A stretch of 64,000 nt of DNA from Candidatus Ratteibacteria bacterium (GTDB taxonomy: Bacteria > Ratteibacteria > UBA8468 > B48-G9 > JAFGKM01). The notes under the pieces are model-generated. The model was not told where the DNA came from and ran no database searches. It saw only the letters and a program-made list of their open reading frames with translations. Shown one piece after another: positions 9,686 to 19,653 of the stretch (positions within the stretch are counted from its first letter, which is position 1; the number at the start of each line of letters is the position of its first letter). The DNA lies in the NCBI GenBank assembly GCA_046296715.1, contig JBKBIN010000004.1:1-64000 (forward strand), given 5' to 3'. The position numbers and the translations under genes were made by a program.

Positions 9686-10196
9686 TTTGTAGTTCCTTTA
9701 AAAAATTATCAAATTTTTCGGCAAGTTCATATTTATCTAATATTTTCTGAAGTTTATCATTATCTATTTCCGCCTGTTTTAAAAGCATTTCTATTTTTAT
9801 TTTATCTTTATTCCTTCCTGCTTTCAAAAGTAATGCTATAAGATATTCTGGAGTCATCACTCTTGTTTTTATATCTTCATATTCTGTTTCAACTGCATTT
9901 TCTATTGATTCTACAGTAAGGGCATCTGTAGTTGGAATAAATTCTACTGGAATCCCCTCTATTATAATCCATTGTCCTATCCATTCAGTATACCCTCTCT
10001 TTTTAAGATATTCATAGATTGGAGAAAGAACTATTAATTTTTGATTTTGGACTTCTTCTGTGATAATAAATATATCAAGGTCTCGTGTGAAAAATGGTTC
10101 TGTCCATTTTAAAACTCCAATTGCGCCTCCAATAGCATAGTTTTTTATCAATCCTTTATTTTTCAGTTCAATTATAACTTCTAAAGTTTTTTTCAC
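9672..10196 (-). CDS. Nucleotidyltransferase-fold protein (AbiEii/MNT-like)
   Basis: AIGGAIG...TRDLDIFI (GG..DxD) and C-terminal GRNKD; GTG start. Confidence 0.7.
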   Translation of the reverse strand: MKKTLEVIIELKNKGLIKNYAIGGAIGVLKWTEPFFTRDLDIFIITEEVQNQKLIVLSPIYEYLKKRGYTEWIGQWIIIEGIPVEFIPTTDALTVESIENAVETEYEDIKTRVMTPEYLIALLLKAGRNKDKIKIEMLLKQAEIDNDKLQKILDKYELAEKFDNFLKELQNEQF

Positions 10197-10202
10197 TTTT
10201 AT

Positions 10203-10661
10203 CTATATCTTAAAATATTTTAGGTTTTTTATAAGGTATTCTATTTTGTTTGTAAGTTGTTCAATCTTTTCTATTTTGTTTTTGACTTCTTTCCCTATAT
10301 TCTTTTGATTGATGCTTAGATTTAAATCTCTTAGATATTTTTTTATTTCATTTATTCTCTTTTGAATTCCTAACTGAAGTTTGTTTATAATTATTTCTTC
10401 TATATCTTCGTTTGCTTTGTATAATGCTCGCGTATAACCTCTTTTCCAAACTTTTTCTATTGCGTTCCATTCTTCAAGTTTTTTTAAGTTTAAACTTACA
10501 TTTGCTTTACTTATCCCAAGTTCTTTTGTTATTTGCGCCGGAGAAAGAGGTTTAGAATTTAAATATAAAAGTGCATAAATTTGGCATACTGTTCTGTTTA
10601 ATCCAAGTCCTTCACCAATATTTCCTGCAAGTTCTATAATCTTTTCTTTTATCTCATCCAT
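10203..10661 (-). CDS. GbsR/MarR-family winged-helix transcriptional regulator
   Basis: GLNRTVCQIYALLYL..KPLS..I..ELGISKANVS..LKKLEEW pattern. Confidence 0.8.
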   Translation of the reverse strand: MDEIKEKIIELAGNIGEGLGLNRTVCQIYALLYLNSKPLSPAQITKELGISKANVSLNLKKLEEWNAIEKVWKRGYTRALYKANEDIEEIIINKLQLGIQKRINEIKKYLRDLNLSINQKNIGKEVKNKIEKIEQLTNKIEYLIKNLKYFKI

Positions 10662-10715
10662 TTTGTTTAATTTGTTTTATATATTTTAAACTTTTAAGGA
10701 ATATTTTCAAATTTT

Positions 10716-11573
10716 TTAATTTTTGATTTTTTCATAAATTGCTTTTTTCATAATATCAATAGGCGCTTTTTCTCCTGTCCAGATTTCAAATGATATTGCC
10801 CCTTGATAAACAAGCATAGAGATACCATCAAGATTTGGGATTTTTAATTCTTCAGCAGACTTTAATAATTCAGTTTTTCTGTTATATACAATATCATAAA
10901 CAAATTTAACTTTTTCAATATTGTTTTTTTCTATTAAAAGAGGATCATTTTCTCTCATTCCAATAGATGTTGTATTGATTAAAAGATCTATATTTTGCCA
11001 TATTTTTTTATCGTTCCTTTTTTCAAATTCAATTATTTCAATATTTTTAAATTTCAATTTTTCCATAAGATGGTTTTTAAGTTTTACTGCATTTTCTAAT
11101 GTCCTATTTGTTATAAAAATTGAATTTACTTTTTCATTTATTAAAGCACCACATATAGCATAAGCACTGCCTCCAGCACCAAGTAGAAAAATATTTTTCT
11201 CTTTTGGACTAAATTTTCCATCTTCTTTTAATGATTTTATAAAACCATCTCCATCTGTGGTATAACCTTTAAGTTTTCCACTTATATTATGGATTGTATT
11301 AACAACATCAAGGATTTCAGAAATTTTGTCAAGTTCATCTAAATATTTGATAATTTGTTTTTTATGAGGAATTGTTACATTTACTCCGATCCACTTAAAA
11401 ATTCTTATTGATTCAACAGCATGTTTCAAATCTTCTGGTTTTACTTCTAAAGGAATATAAACATAATCAAGGCCAAGATATTCAAATGCAGCATTTTGAA
11501 ATATAGGAGATAAAGAATGTTTTACTGGATAACCAAAAACACCTGTTATTTTTGTCGTTCCTTTTATTTCCAT
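10716..11573 (-). CDS. aroE: Shikimate dehydrogenase
   Basis: GYPVKHSLSP, NVTIPHK, VNT, TTDGDGF, LGAGGSA, NRT, DIVYN, GISMLVYQG. Confidence 0.93.
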   Translation of the reverse strand: MEIKGTTKITGVFGYPVKHSLSPIFQNAAFEYLGLDYVYIPLEVKPEDLKHAVESIRIFKWIGVNVTIPHKKQIIKYLDELDKISEILDVVNTIHNISGKLKGYTTDGDGFIKSLKEDGKFSPKEKNIFLLGAGGSAYAICGALINEKVNSIFITNRTLENAVKLKNHLMEKLKFKNIEIIEFEKRNDKKIWQNIDLLINTTSIGMRENDPLLIEKNNIEKVKFVYDIVYNRKTELLKSAEELKIPNLDGISMLVYQGAISFEIWTGEKAPIDIMKKAIYEKIKN

Positions 11574-11594
11574 CTTTAGATATTTTATCATTAT

Positions 11595-11623
11595 TTGACA
11601 ATTTTTAAAAAATTTGGTAAATT
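11595..11623 (+). promoter_or_regulatory. Sigma70-type promoter for the parA-partner operon
   Basis: TTGACA (11595-11600), 17-bp spacer, TG-n-TAAATT extended -10. Confidence 0.65.
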
Positions 11624-11643
11624 ATGAAGTTAGGAAGTTAAAA

Positions 11644-12411
11644 ATGAGGAAAATAGCAGTTATAAATCAGAAAGGTGGTTCTGGAAAAACGACGACAGTA
11701 GTTAATGTTGGGTATTATCTTGCAGAGATGGGAAAAACTGTTTTACTTATTGACCTTGATCCACAAGCCCATACAACTATTCATCTTGGTTTTGAACCAC
11801 CTGAGATAAAAAAATCACTTTATGATTTACTTGTTAATCAAACGCCTTTTTCGGATGTCTTAAAACCAACTCAATACAAAAATTTATATTTAATTCCTTC
11901 TAAAATTGATCTTGCAAGTGCTGAAATTGAACTTGTTAATGAAGTTGGAAGAGAAATAATTTTAAGAGAGATTCTTAAGAAAAATAATGTTAAATATGAT
12001 TATATAATTATGGATTGTCCTCCTTCTCTTGGATTGCTTACTTTAAATGCTTTAACAACTGCAAAAGAAGTTTTTATACCAATACAAGCAGAATTTTTTG
12101 CTCTTGAAGGTCTTACAAAACTTTTTCAGACAATAAAGATAGTAAAAGAAAGGATTAACCCAACCCTTGAAATAACTGGGATAATTATAACTATGTATGA
12201 TAGAAGAAAAAATATATGTAGAGATGTTGAAAAGAAAGTTGAAGAATATTTTAAAGAAAAGGTTTTTAAAACAAGAATAAGAGAAAACGTTCGTCTTGCA
12301 GAAGCACCAAGTTATGGGAAACCAATAGGTGATTTTGATAAAAATTCTTATGGAGCCGAGGATTACAAGAAACTTGTAAGAGAAATTTTAAAACAGGAGA
12401 AAAAAATATGA
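11644..12411 (+). CDS. ParA/Soj-family ATPase
   Basis: Deviant Walker A NQKGGSGKTT, DLDPQ, DCPPSLG, RENVRLAEAPSYG; ATG at 11644 lies downstream of the promoter. Confidence 0.93.
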   Translation: MRKIAVINQKGGSGKTTTVVNVGYYLAEMGKTVLLIDLDPQAHTTIHLGFEPPEIKKSLYDLLVNQTPFSDVLKPTQYKNLYLIPSKIDLASAEIELVNEVGREIILREILKKNNVKYDYIIMDCPPSLGLLTLNALTTAKEVFIPIQAEFFALEGLTKLFQTIKIVKERINPTLEITGIIITMYDRRKNICRDVEKKVEEYFKEKVFKTRIRENVRLAEAPSYGKPIGDFDKNSYGAEDYKKLVREILKQEKKI

Positions 12412-12770
12412 AAAAAGGAGGTCTTGGTAAAGATCCTTTAAGTTGGATAAGTTCAACAATAATAGAAGAAAAGACAAAAAATCTATCTGAACAGGAAGAA
12501 AAAGTAGAAATTAAAAAAATCCCAAAATTTAAGACATTTGAAGTTCGGCTCACTACATTATTGAGAGAGGATCAACTTGAATTTCTTGAAAAACTAATAA
12601 GAGATATACATAAAAATAGGGCTCCTCAATATAGAAAGGAAAGAATAACTAAAAATACTTTAATTAGGGTCTTTATAGATGCTTTTAAGGATGTCAATTT
12701 CAATATTAAAGATATATCTGATGAGCAAGAGTTATTAAAAAGAGTTCTGGAGAAAGTTATTAAAGGTTAA
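12408..12770 (+). CDS. Small ParA partner protein (no ParB/CTPase domain)
   Basis: ATGA overlap with parA; N-terminal KKGGLGKDPL peptide, charged linker, C-terminal beta-alpha-alpha-like region (RLTTLLREDQLEFL...ERITKNTLIRVFID). Confidence 0.7.
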   Translation: MKKGGLGKDPLSWISSTIIEEKTKNLSEQEEKVEIKKIPKFKTFEVRLTTLLREDQLEFLEKLIRDIHKNRAPQYRKERITKNTLIRVFIDAFKDVNFNIKDISDEQELLKRVLEKVIKG

Positions 12771-14367
12771 ATTCAATAAGTTTCCCTTTTTCTGCGGATT
12801 CAGTTGTTTTTTCAATTATTCCTACAACATTTCTTGCTTTATAAATATCAATTTCAAGCTCTTCACCAAAAATTAAGTTGTCAGCTATGTTGTTGTAAAA
12901 TCTAAATTTTTCAGTTTGCATTGGTGGAATAATTTTTTCAGTCATACCATTTTCATATTTATATACCTTTATTACATCTGTTTGAACAATTCCTCCTTTT
13001 TCCCCAAGAATTCTCCATCTTGGTTTTGGAATTGAAGCAATTGAAGATGATTGAATATCTGCTACTTCTCCATTTTCAAAGGTTACAATAGATTTTACCT
13101 CGTCTTCATTTGAAAAATTAAACCATTTTCTTTTTTGAACAATCCCATAAATACTTTTAATTTTTGAGGGAATAAGAAGCAAAAGCCAGTAAAGAAAATG
13201 TGCTCCCCAGTCATAAAAAATACCTCCTGAAATTTCTTTTTCACTTCTCCACCATTCCTTCGGCATACCATATCCACCCATAAATATTTCAATATTGAAA
13301 ATTTTTCCTATTTCTCCTGACTTGACTACTTTTTCAATCGCAAGGAAATCTCCATCCCATCTTCTATTATGGAAAACAGAAAGCATAAGTCCTTTTTTAT
13401 TCGCAGTTTCAATCATTTCGTCCGCTTCTTTTAAGGTTATACACATTGGTTTTTCTACAATTACATTTTTATCAGCATTTAAACAGGAAACTGCAAGATC
13501 TTTATGTGTATTATGTGGAGTAACAATAACTGCAAGTTCTATCTCTTTATCATTTAAAAATTTGTTTAAATCTGTATAGGTTCTGCTTTCTGGAAAGTCC
13601 TTTTTTGCCTGTTCCATTCTTTCTTTATTTAAATCAAAGAAAGCAATTACCTTCATTCCATAAGTTGAATTTATTAAATCAGCATGATGTTTTCCCATGT
13701 TAAAAGCAGGTCCATATCCAATTATTCCGCATTTTATTTCTTTTTCTTCTTTTTCATCTTTCGCTGTCCAAATAATCGCTCTTTTTATAGTTTTGATAAT
13801 ATCTTTATTTTCAAGAACATTTAAACTATGACAAGGCGCAAAATAGAAAATTCTTCCATTACCATAATTTCTTATATATCCAAGTGGGAATAGTTTTCCT
13901 TGCCAATATCCATTAAATAAAATTTCTGCATCCTGAGAAATATTTAAAAAATAAAATTCATCCTCAATAATTATTGAAGGAATTCTTCTATTTATGAAAT
14001 GGGAGGATGTTGATTTAAGTTCAAATGGAAAGACAGGACTATGTCCAGTAAATTCACAACCAAGCATCTCTTTAAATTTTTTATTTTTTTTAAAATATGC
14101 ACCTGTTGAATGAATTCCAACTAAACCACCGCTATTTTTTACATATTTAATTATATTTTCTTCTTCTTTTTCATCAAAATCAGTGTTGTCAGCATAAATT
14201 AGAATAGAATCATAATTAAAAATTGCATCTTTTGAAAAAATTGTTTTATCTTTTTCAATTAATATCTCATAATTTTCAAGTTCGTTTTTAATTATTTCAG
14301 CAAGTTGATATGAAGGATGGTATGGTTTTTCTCCAACAAAAACCAAAATTCTCTTTTTATTTGACAT
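12760..14367 (-). CDS. ThuA-like domain fused to a Gfo/Idh/MocA oxidoreductase
   Basis: N-terminal GGLVGIHS, DEFY, YGNGRIFY; C-terminal GIIGYG, TPHNTH, EKPM, FHNRRWDGDF, DWGAH; AGGAG before the ATG at 14367. Confidence 0.85.
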   Translation of the reverse strand: MSNKKRILVFVGEKPYHPSYQLAEIIKNELENYEILIEKDKTIFSKDAIFNYDSILIYADNTDFDEKEEENIIKYVKNSGGLVGIHSTGAYFKKNKKFKEMLGCEFTGHSPVFPFELKSTSSHFINRRIPSIIIEDEFYFLNISQDAEILFNGYWQGKLFPLGYIRNYGNGRIFYFAPCHSLNVLENKDIIKTIKRAIIWTAKDEKEEKEIKCGIIGYGPAFNMGKHHADLINSTYGMKVIAFFDLNKERMEQAKKDFPESRTYTDLNKFLNDKEIELAVIVTPHNTHKDLAVSCLNADKNVIVEKPMCITLKEADEMIETANKKGLMLSVFHNRRWDGDFLAIEKVVKSGEIGKIFNIEIFMGGYGMPKEWWRSEKEISGGIFYDWGAHFLYWLLLLIPSKIKSIYGIVQKRKWFNFSNEDEVKSIVTFENGEVADIQSSSIASIPKPRWRILGEKGGIVQTDVIKVYKYENGMTEKIIPPMQTEKFRFYNNIADNLIFGEELEIDIYKARNVVGIIEKTTESAEKGKLIEFNL

Positions 14368-14397
14368 TTTTATTCTCCTTTTTAGAATCAATTTCTT

Positions 14398-15546
14398 TTA
14401 TTTCTTTGCAAATGATGGATCTGTTATTCTCTCTTCTTTAACAACTTTTTTAGGTTTGGATGATTTTTTAAGTTCTTCCATAAGTTGGTCATATTCTTTT
14501 CTATCAACTGGAATTTCTACAAATTTTTCTTTTTTACCTGAAAGTATACAAGCATTTATAAATTCTACACTGTTTAATCCTTCTTCTCCTTTTACAATAA
14601 GATCTTCTCCATAAAGGACTGCTCTTGCAAAATTTTTTATTATTACTGCATGTCCTGATGGAATATTTGAAGATATTTCAATTTTTTCTTCTGAATACTT
14701 TAAGGAACCCCACATATTTTCTATTTTTACAATTGATTCATTTAAAGGATATTCAAAGGAATAAAAAGTAAGGGAATTGCCCCTAATTACAAGTTTTCCT
14801 TTGTTTCCCGTGAATTCCATATGTAAAGGTCCAACAGGTTCACAAGTAGATGTATAATAATAACCCCACGCACCATTTTCATATTCTAAAATAGCACTTA
14901 CTTCATCTTCTACTTCTATGTCATGAAATTTAGCCCTTGTTTTTGCATAAACTTTTTTAGGAAGACCGCCAAGATAAGTAAATAGATCTATTGTATGTGG
15001 TGCTTGATTTATTAGCACTCCTCCACCCTCTCCTATCCAAGTTGCTCTCCATCCTGCGCTGTTATAATATGCTTGGGTTCTATACCAAGGATCAATACAA
15101 ACTGTTTTATGAATTTCTCCAAGTGCACCACTTTTTACTATCTCAATTGCTTTCTTAAATATTGGTTCTGTTCTTCTTTGAAACATAATTGTAAAAATTT
15201 TCCCTGATTTTTTTGCTGCTTCTATCATTTTGTCTGCATCTGATACTTTAACCGCAATTGGTTTTTCACTTAAAACATGTAGTCCATTTTCAAAAGCAAA
15301 AACTGCTATTTCAGGATGGAACCAATGAGGAGTCGCAATAATTATTCCTTCTGCTAATCCACTTTTTATAGCTTCTTTGTAATCGGTAAAATATTTAACT
15401 TTAAGTTCTTCACCTTTCTTTTTTGCAACATTTTCATCAATATCACAAACAAAAACTAATTCTGTTTCTTCTAAATTTTTTACACTATTACAATGAGCAG
15501 ACCCCATTCCTCCTACTCCAATAACTCCAATTTTTAATTTTTTCAT
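14398..15546 (-). CDS. Gfo/Idh/MocA-family oxidoreductase
   Basis: GVIGVGGMG, ATPHWFH, EKP, GGGVLINQAPHTID, EVED. Confidence 0.92.
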   Translation of the reverse strand: MKKLKIGVIGVGGMGSAHCNSVKNLEETELVFVCDIDENVAKKKGEELKVKYFTDYKEAIKSGLAEGIIIATPHWFHPEIAVFAFENGLHVLSEKPIAVKVSDADKMIEAAKKSGKIFTIMFQRRTEPIFKKAIEIVKSGALGEIHKTVCIDPWYRTQAYYNSAGWRATWIGEGGGVLINQAPHTIDLFTYLGGLPKKVYAKTRAKFHDIEVEDEVSAILEYENGAWGYYYTSTCEPVGPLHMEFTGNKGKLVIRGNSLTFYSFEYPLNESIVKIENMWGSLKYSEEKIEISSNIPSGHAVIIKNFARAVLYGEDLIVKGEEGLNSVEFINACILSGKKEKFVEIPVDRKEYDQLMEELKKSSKPKKVVKEERITDPSFAKK

Positions 15547-15561
15547 TTTTCCTCCCTTTGT

Positions 15562-17277
15562 TTAAAATTTCTGTGCTAATTTTAATTTTGTTTCTGTCTC
15601 TCCGCCATTAATTAAATAAAGTAAAGGTAATGGTCTATCAACATTTTCAATAAATTTAGGTCTGTCTTTCCAAGGAGTAACAGATAGAACATTTGCTAAA
15701 TCCATCCAGTATTCAAGCCGTGCAACGGATAAATTCCAGACCATATGAAAATGGTTTGCTGGTGCATATTGTTTATATTCTAACATACTTGCATATTTTG
15801 GGACTACAAATGTATGAGGCCAGGTATATGTTGACGTTTTACAAACTGCTTCTTGTAATTTTTCAGGTAATTCTACTGTTTCACCTTCATCCCATACAAG
15901 AGAAAATATGTTATTTAAAGAACTATAAGCAAGTCGTCCAGCAATTCCTTTAATTCCACCAGGAGAGACAAAAGTAACTGAATTACCAAGGCCTGGAAAG
16001 TAAAACTCGTCAGCAAGTGGGAATTTAATTCTTTTCATTATTTTTTCTGGTTCTTCTCCTGGATATCCTGCCCAATCAAAAGAAGCACTCCCAGAATTAT
16101 CTCCGTCTACAAAACCTTTAACTGCCCATATTTCGTCACCTTTTATTTTAACACCAATTTTTTCTGCAAGTTCTCTTATTTCCCATCCTTCCCAAACTTT
16201 CCTAAAATCCATAAATAGAGGTGGAGCGCCTCCTGAAAGATAAGTAAAGAAAAGCATAGTTAGAAGTCCTTGAACATCTGCTTCTGTTGCATAGGGTATT
16301 GGTGGTTTTTTTCCATTATGGTCAAATGTTGAATTGAAAAGAGATTCCATAATATCTGCAACAGGTAAAGGGATTCCTCTTTTATCTGAACCCCATTCAA
16401 GTTGACTCATAAAACCGCCACCTACTGCATTTAATTCTTTCATAATATCCCTAACTATAAGGTACATCGCAAGTGATTGATTTAATCTTTCGCTATCCTC
16501 TTCATTGCGAAGTTCAATACCACCTGAATTTTTTTCAAGCCAATTTCTCAATTCTTTAAGTTCTGCATTATTATATGCTTTTTTGTTAAGCATATCTGCA
16601 AGTAATTTCATATCAAGTCGTGTAATCTCTATTCCAAATATTTTTCTTGTTGGAATTATATGTGCAAGAGCAGTTTCCATACCCATAGAATCATGACCAA
16701 AAATAACAACTCTTCTCCCTTTTAGTCCTACATATGTGACTGCAGCATAACACCAATCAATAAGTTGTTTTGCTGTATTATCACTCATAATTGGGTTTAA
16801 ACCTGTATCAGGCCAATTACCAACAATTATATGAATTAATTTACCATATTGAGAAACTGCTCCACTACAAGCATGTGTGTAAACAACGCCAGGTTTTGGA
16901 CCACTATTTCCACAGGTCAGATTAATAGGAGTATCTGATGGAAATTGTTGTAAGAAAGAAATAAGAGTTAGTTGTGGGAAAGCCCATGTGTCTGGAACAC
17001 CAACTAAAATATTTACTTTTTCTTTTTCAAACTGTCTTGCAACTATATCTGCCTGTTTTTCTCCATCAATTAAAATATCACTATAAACTACTTTACAAGG
17101 AGAACCATCGGGCAATTTGACATTTTGAGCAATAATATTTGCTGTCATTTCAATTATATTTCTTACTCTTTGCCTTGATTGTTCATCTATCCTTGGATCA
17201 CATGGAGCAAATACTCCGATTACAACATCTTTTACTTGAGTAGAAATATCTTTATTTGCTTTTGTTGCTTTGTTCAT
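15562..17277 (-). CDS. fucI: L-fucose isomerase family protein
   Basis: PGVVY, SMGM, FDHNGK, ATEAD (FucI ATEND), FMDFR, NSGSA, WPHT, ANH. Confidence 0.75.
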   Translation of the reverse strand: MNKATKANKDISTQVKDVVIGVFAPCDPRIDEQSRQRVRNIIEMTANIIAQNVKLPDGSPCKVVYSDILIDGEKQADIVARQFEKEKVNILVGVPDTWAFPQLTLISFLQQFPSDTPINLTCGNSGPKPGVVYTHACSGAVSQYGKLIHIIVGNWPDTGLNPIMSDNTAKQLIDWCYAAVTYVGLKGRRVVIFGHDSMGMETALAHIIPTRKIFGIEITRLDMKLLADMLNKKAYNNAELKELRNWLEKNSGGIELRNEEDSERLNQSLAMYLIVRDIMKELNAVGGGFMSQLEWGSDKRGIPLPVADIMESLFNSTFDHNGKKPPIPYATEADVQGLLTMLFFTYLSGGAPPLFMDFRKVWEGWEIRELAEKIGVKIKGDEIWAVKGFVDGDNSGSASFDWAGYPGEEPEKIMKRIKFPLADEFYFPGLGNSVTFVSPGGIKGIAGRLAYSSLNNIFSLVWDEGETVELPEKLQEAVCKTSTYTWPHTFVVPKYASMLEYKQYAPANHFHMVWNLSVARLEYWMDLANVLSVTPWKDRPKFIENVDRPLPLLYLINGGETETKLKLAQKF

Positions 17278-19348
17278 CTTTTTCTCCTTTTCTGTAATTT
17301 TCGTCTATCTGCTTTTTGCTTAAAAGGATTCTCCCTTGTTCATCTTTACCTATTACTTTTACTTTGACTGTAGAGCCAACTTTGACTACATCTTCAACTC
17401 TTTTTATTCTATATGGAGCAAGTTCAGAAATATGAACAAGGCCTTCTTGAGAAGGGAGAAATCTAACAATTGCTCCAAATGGAAATATTTTTGTAACTAC
17501 ACCTTCATATATCTGTCCAATTTCAGGTTCTTCAGCAATTTTGTTAATTTCACTTGCTGCTTTTTTACATGCTTCTAAATCATTTGAATATATTCTTATT
17601 TCTCCTTCTTCTAATATGTCTATTTTAACACCTGTTTCATCTATAATTTTTTTAATTGTTTTCCCACCAGTTCCAATTACAAGACCAACTTTTTCTGGAT
17701 TAATTTTTATTGTTAAAATTTTTGGGGCATAAGGAGAAAGAGAACTTTTTGGGGTTGAGATTGTATTATACATTTTATCTAATATTTCTTTTCTTGCTTC
17801 TTTTGATTGATAAACTGCTTTCTCTAAGATTTCTAAAGTAAGGTCTGTTGTTTTAACATCCATTTGAAAACCAGTTATTCCTTTCAAAGTTCCTGCTATT
17901 TTTAAATCCATATCTCCGTAATGGTCTTCTTCTCCCTGAATATCAGTAAGTATAATGTATTGACTTTTCTCTTTAATCAATCCAATAGATACGCCTCCAA
18001 CATGCTTTTCAATAGGAACACCAGCATCCATAAGAGATAAACTACCAGCACAAATAGTCGCCATTGAGGAAGAACCGTTTGATTCAAGTATGTTTGCCAC
18101 TATTCTTATTGTATATGGAAAAATTTTTTCAGATGGGATTATAGGTAGAAGAGCTCTTTCAACTAAATTGCCATGGCCAATTTCTCTACGAGAAGGTGCT
18201 TTTAATTGAGAGACCTCACCAACACAAAATGGAGGAAAGTTATAGTGAACCATAAATCTTTTTGTCGTTTCTTCATATAGGCCATCAATAATTTGTTGAT
18301 CCATACTTGTCCCAAGAGTTACTGAAGCAAGACATTGTGTTTGACCTCGTGTAAATAAAGCAGAACCATGTGTTCTTGGAAGAAGTCCAATTTTACATTC
18401 AATTGGTCTTATTTCTTTTAATTCTCTTCCATCAAGCCGTTTTTTTGTGTTTAATATCAATTCTCTAATTTGTTTTTCAAAAATATAGTCATATACTTTT
18501 TCAATTTCTTTTTTCCTTTCCTCTTGTTCAAATTGTGCAAGAAATGTTTCTTTAATTTTTGTATAAAATTCTTTCCTTTTTTGTTTTTCTGGATAATTAT
18601 ACGCATTTAGGATGTTTTCCTTAATATAGTCTGTCACTTTTTCAAATACTTCTTTTTCAATATTGAATTCCACTTTTTCTTTTTCAGGATTTTGAATTTC
18701 TTTTAAAATATTAATCATTTTTCTTATTTCATTCCATCCTACTTCAATTGCTGCTAAAAAATCTTCTTCTGATACTTCATTAGCCATCCCTTCAAGCATT
18801 ACTATAGAATTTTCTGTTGCAGAGATTATTAAATTTAAATCACTTTCTTGAAAGTTAGGGATAGACGGGTTAATTAATAATTTCCCATTTTTTTTTACAA
18901 CTCTAACACAACCAATTGGAATGTAAAAAGGGATTGAAGATGCAAGTAAAGAAGTGGAAGCACCAATAATTGAAAGGATCTCTGGTTCATTTTCTTGGTC
19001 TGCTGAAAGAACAAGAGAGATTACCTGTATTTCTTTATTAAAATGTTCTGGGAAAATTGGTCTTATTGATCTATCAATTGCTCTACTTATAAGGACTTCT
19101 CTTTCAGATGGTTTACCTTCTCTTTTAAAAAATCCACCTGGTATTTTACCTGCGGCAGATGTCTGTTCTCTATAATCACAAATTAATGGGAAAAAATCAG
19201 TATCTGTTTTTTCTTCTCCTTGAACAACAGTTGTAAGGACGATTGTATCTCCACATCTAATAAGAGATGAGCCACTGCTTTGTTTTGCAACTAAATTTAT
19301 GTCTATTTCTATATTTTTTTCTCCAGAGGAGATAGTTATTTTTTTCAT
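17252..19348 (-). CDS. pnp: Polyribonucleotide nucleotidyltransferase
   Basis: DFFPL, GKIPGGFFKREG, HGSALFTRGQTQ, RREIGHG, ESNGSSSMA, EDHYGDMD; KH and S1 domains. Confidence 0.97.
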   Translation of the reverse strand: MKKITISSGEKNIEIDINLVAKQSSGSSLIRCGDTIVLTTVVQGEEKTDTDFFPLICDYREQTSAAGKIPGGFFKREGKPSEREVLISRAIDRSIRPIFPEHFNKEIQVISLVLSADQENEPEILSIIGASTSLLASSIPFYIPIGCVRVVKKNGKLLINPSIPNFQESDLNLIISATENSIVMLEGMANEVSEEDFLAAIEVGWNEIRKMINILKEIQNPEKEKVEFNIEKEVFEKVTDYIKENILNAYNYPEKQKRKEFYTKIKETFLAQFEQEERKKEIEKVYDYIFEKQIRELILNTKKRLDGRELKEIRPIECKIGLLPRTHGSALFTRGQTQCLASVTLGTSMDQQIIDGLYEETTKRFMVHYNFPPFCVGEVSQLKAPSRREIGHGNLVERALLPIIPSEKIFPYTIRIVANILESNGSSSMATICAGSLSLMDAGVPIEKHVGGVSIGLIKEKSQYIILTDIQGEEDHYGDMDLKIAGTLKGITGFQMDVKTTDLTLEILEKAVYQSKEARKEILDKMYNTISTPKSSLSPYAPKILTIKINPEKVGLVIGTGGKTIKKIIDETGVKIDILEEGEIRIYSNDLEACKKAASEINKIAEEPEIGQIYEGVVTKIFPFGAIVRFLPSQEGLVHISELAPYRIKRVEDVVKVGSTVKVKVIGKDEQGRILLSKKQIDENYRKGEKDEQSNKSK

Positions 19349-19350
19349 TT

Positions 19351-19617
19351 TTACTTTCTTAGATTCAACTCATTTATTACTTTTAAGTATCTTTCAGGGT
19401 CTGTTTGTTGTAAGTATCTTAATAATTTTCTTCTCTTACCTATTAATTTTAAAAATCCTCTTCTTGAATTAAAATCTTTCTTATGTTTTTTGAAATGTTC
19501 ATTTAATGCTTCTATTCTTTTTGTTAGGATAGCAATTTGAACTTCTGGAGAACCAGTATCTTTTTCATGTCTACCAAATTTTTTTATTATTTCTTTTTTT
19601 ATTTCACTCTCAAGCAT
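19351..19617 (-). CDS. rpsO: 30S ribosomal protein S15
   Basis: [27 protein letters not shown]-terminus; 88 aa from the ATG at 19617 after AGGAG. Confidence 0.97.
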   Translation of the reverse strand: MLESEIKKEIIKKFGRHEKDTGSPEVQIAILTKRIEALNEHFKKHKKDFNSRRGFLKLIGKRRKLLRYLQQTDPERYLKVINELNLRK

Positions 19618-19653
19618 TTTTCTCTCCTTCTTTTTATTTTTCTTATGGGAAAA

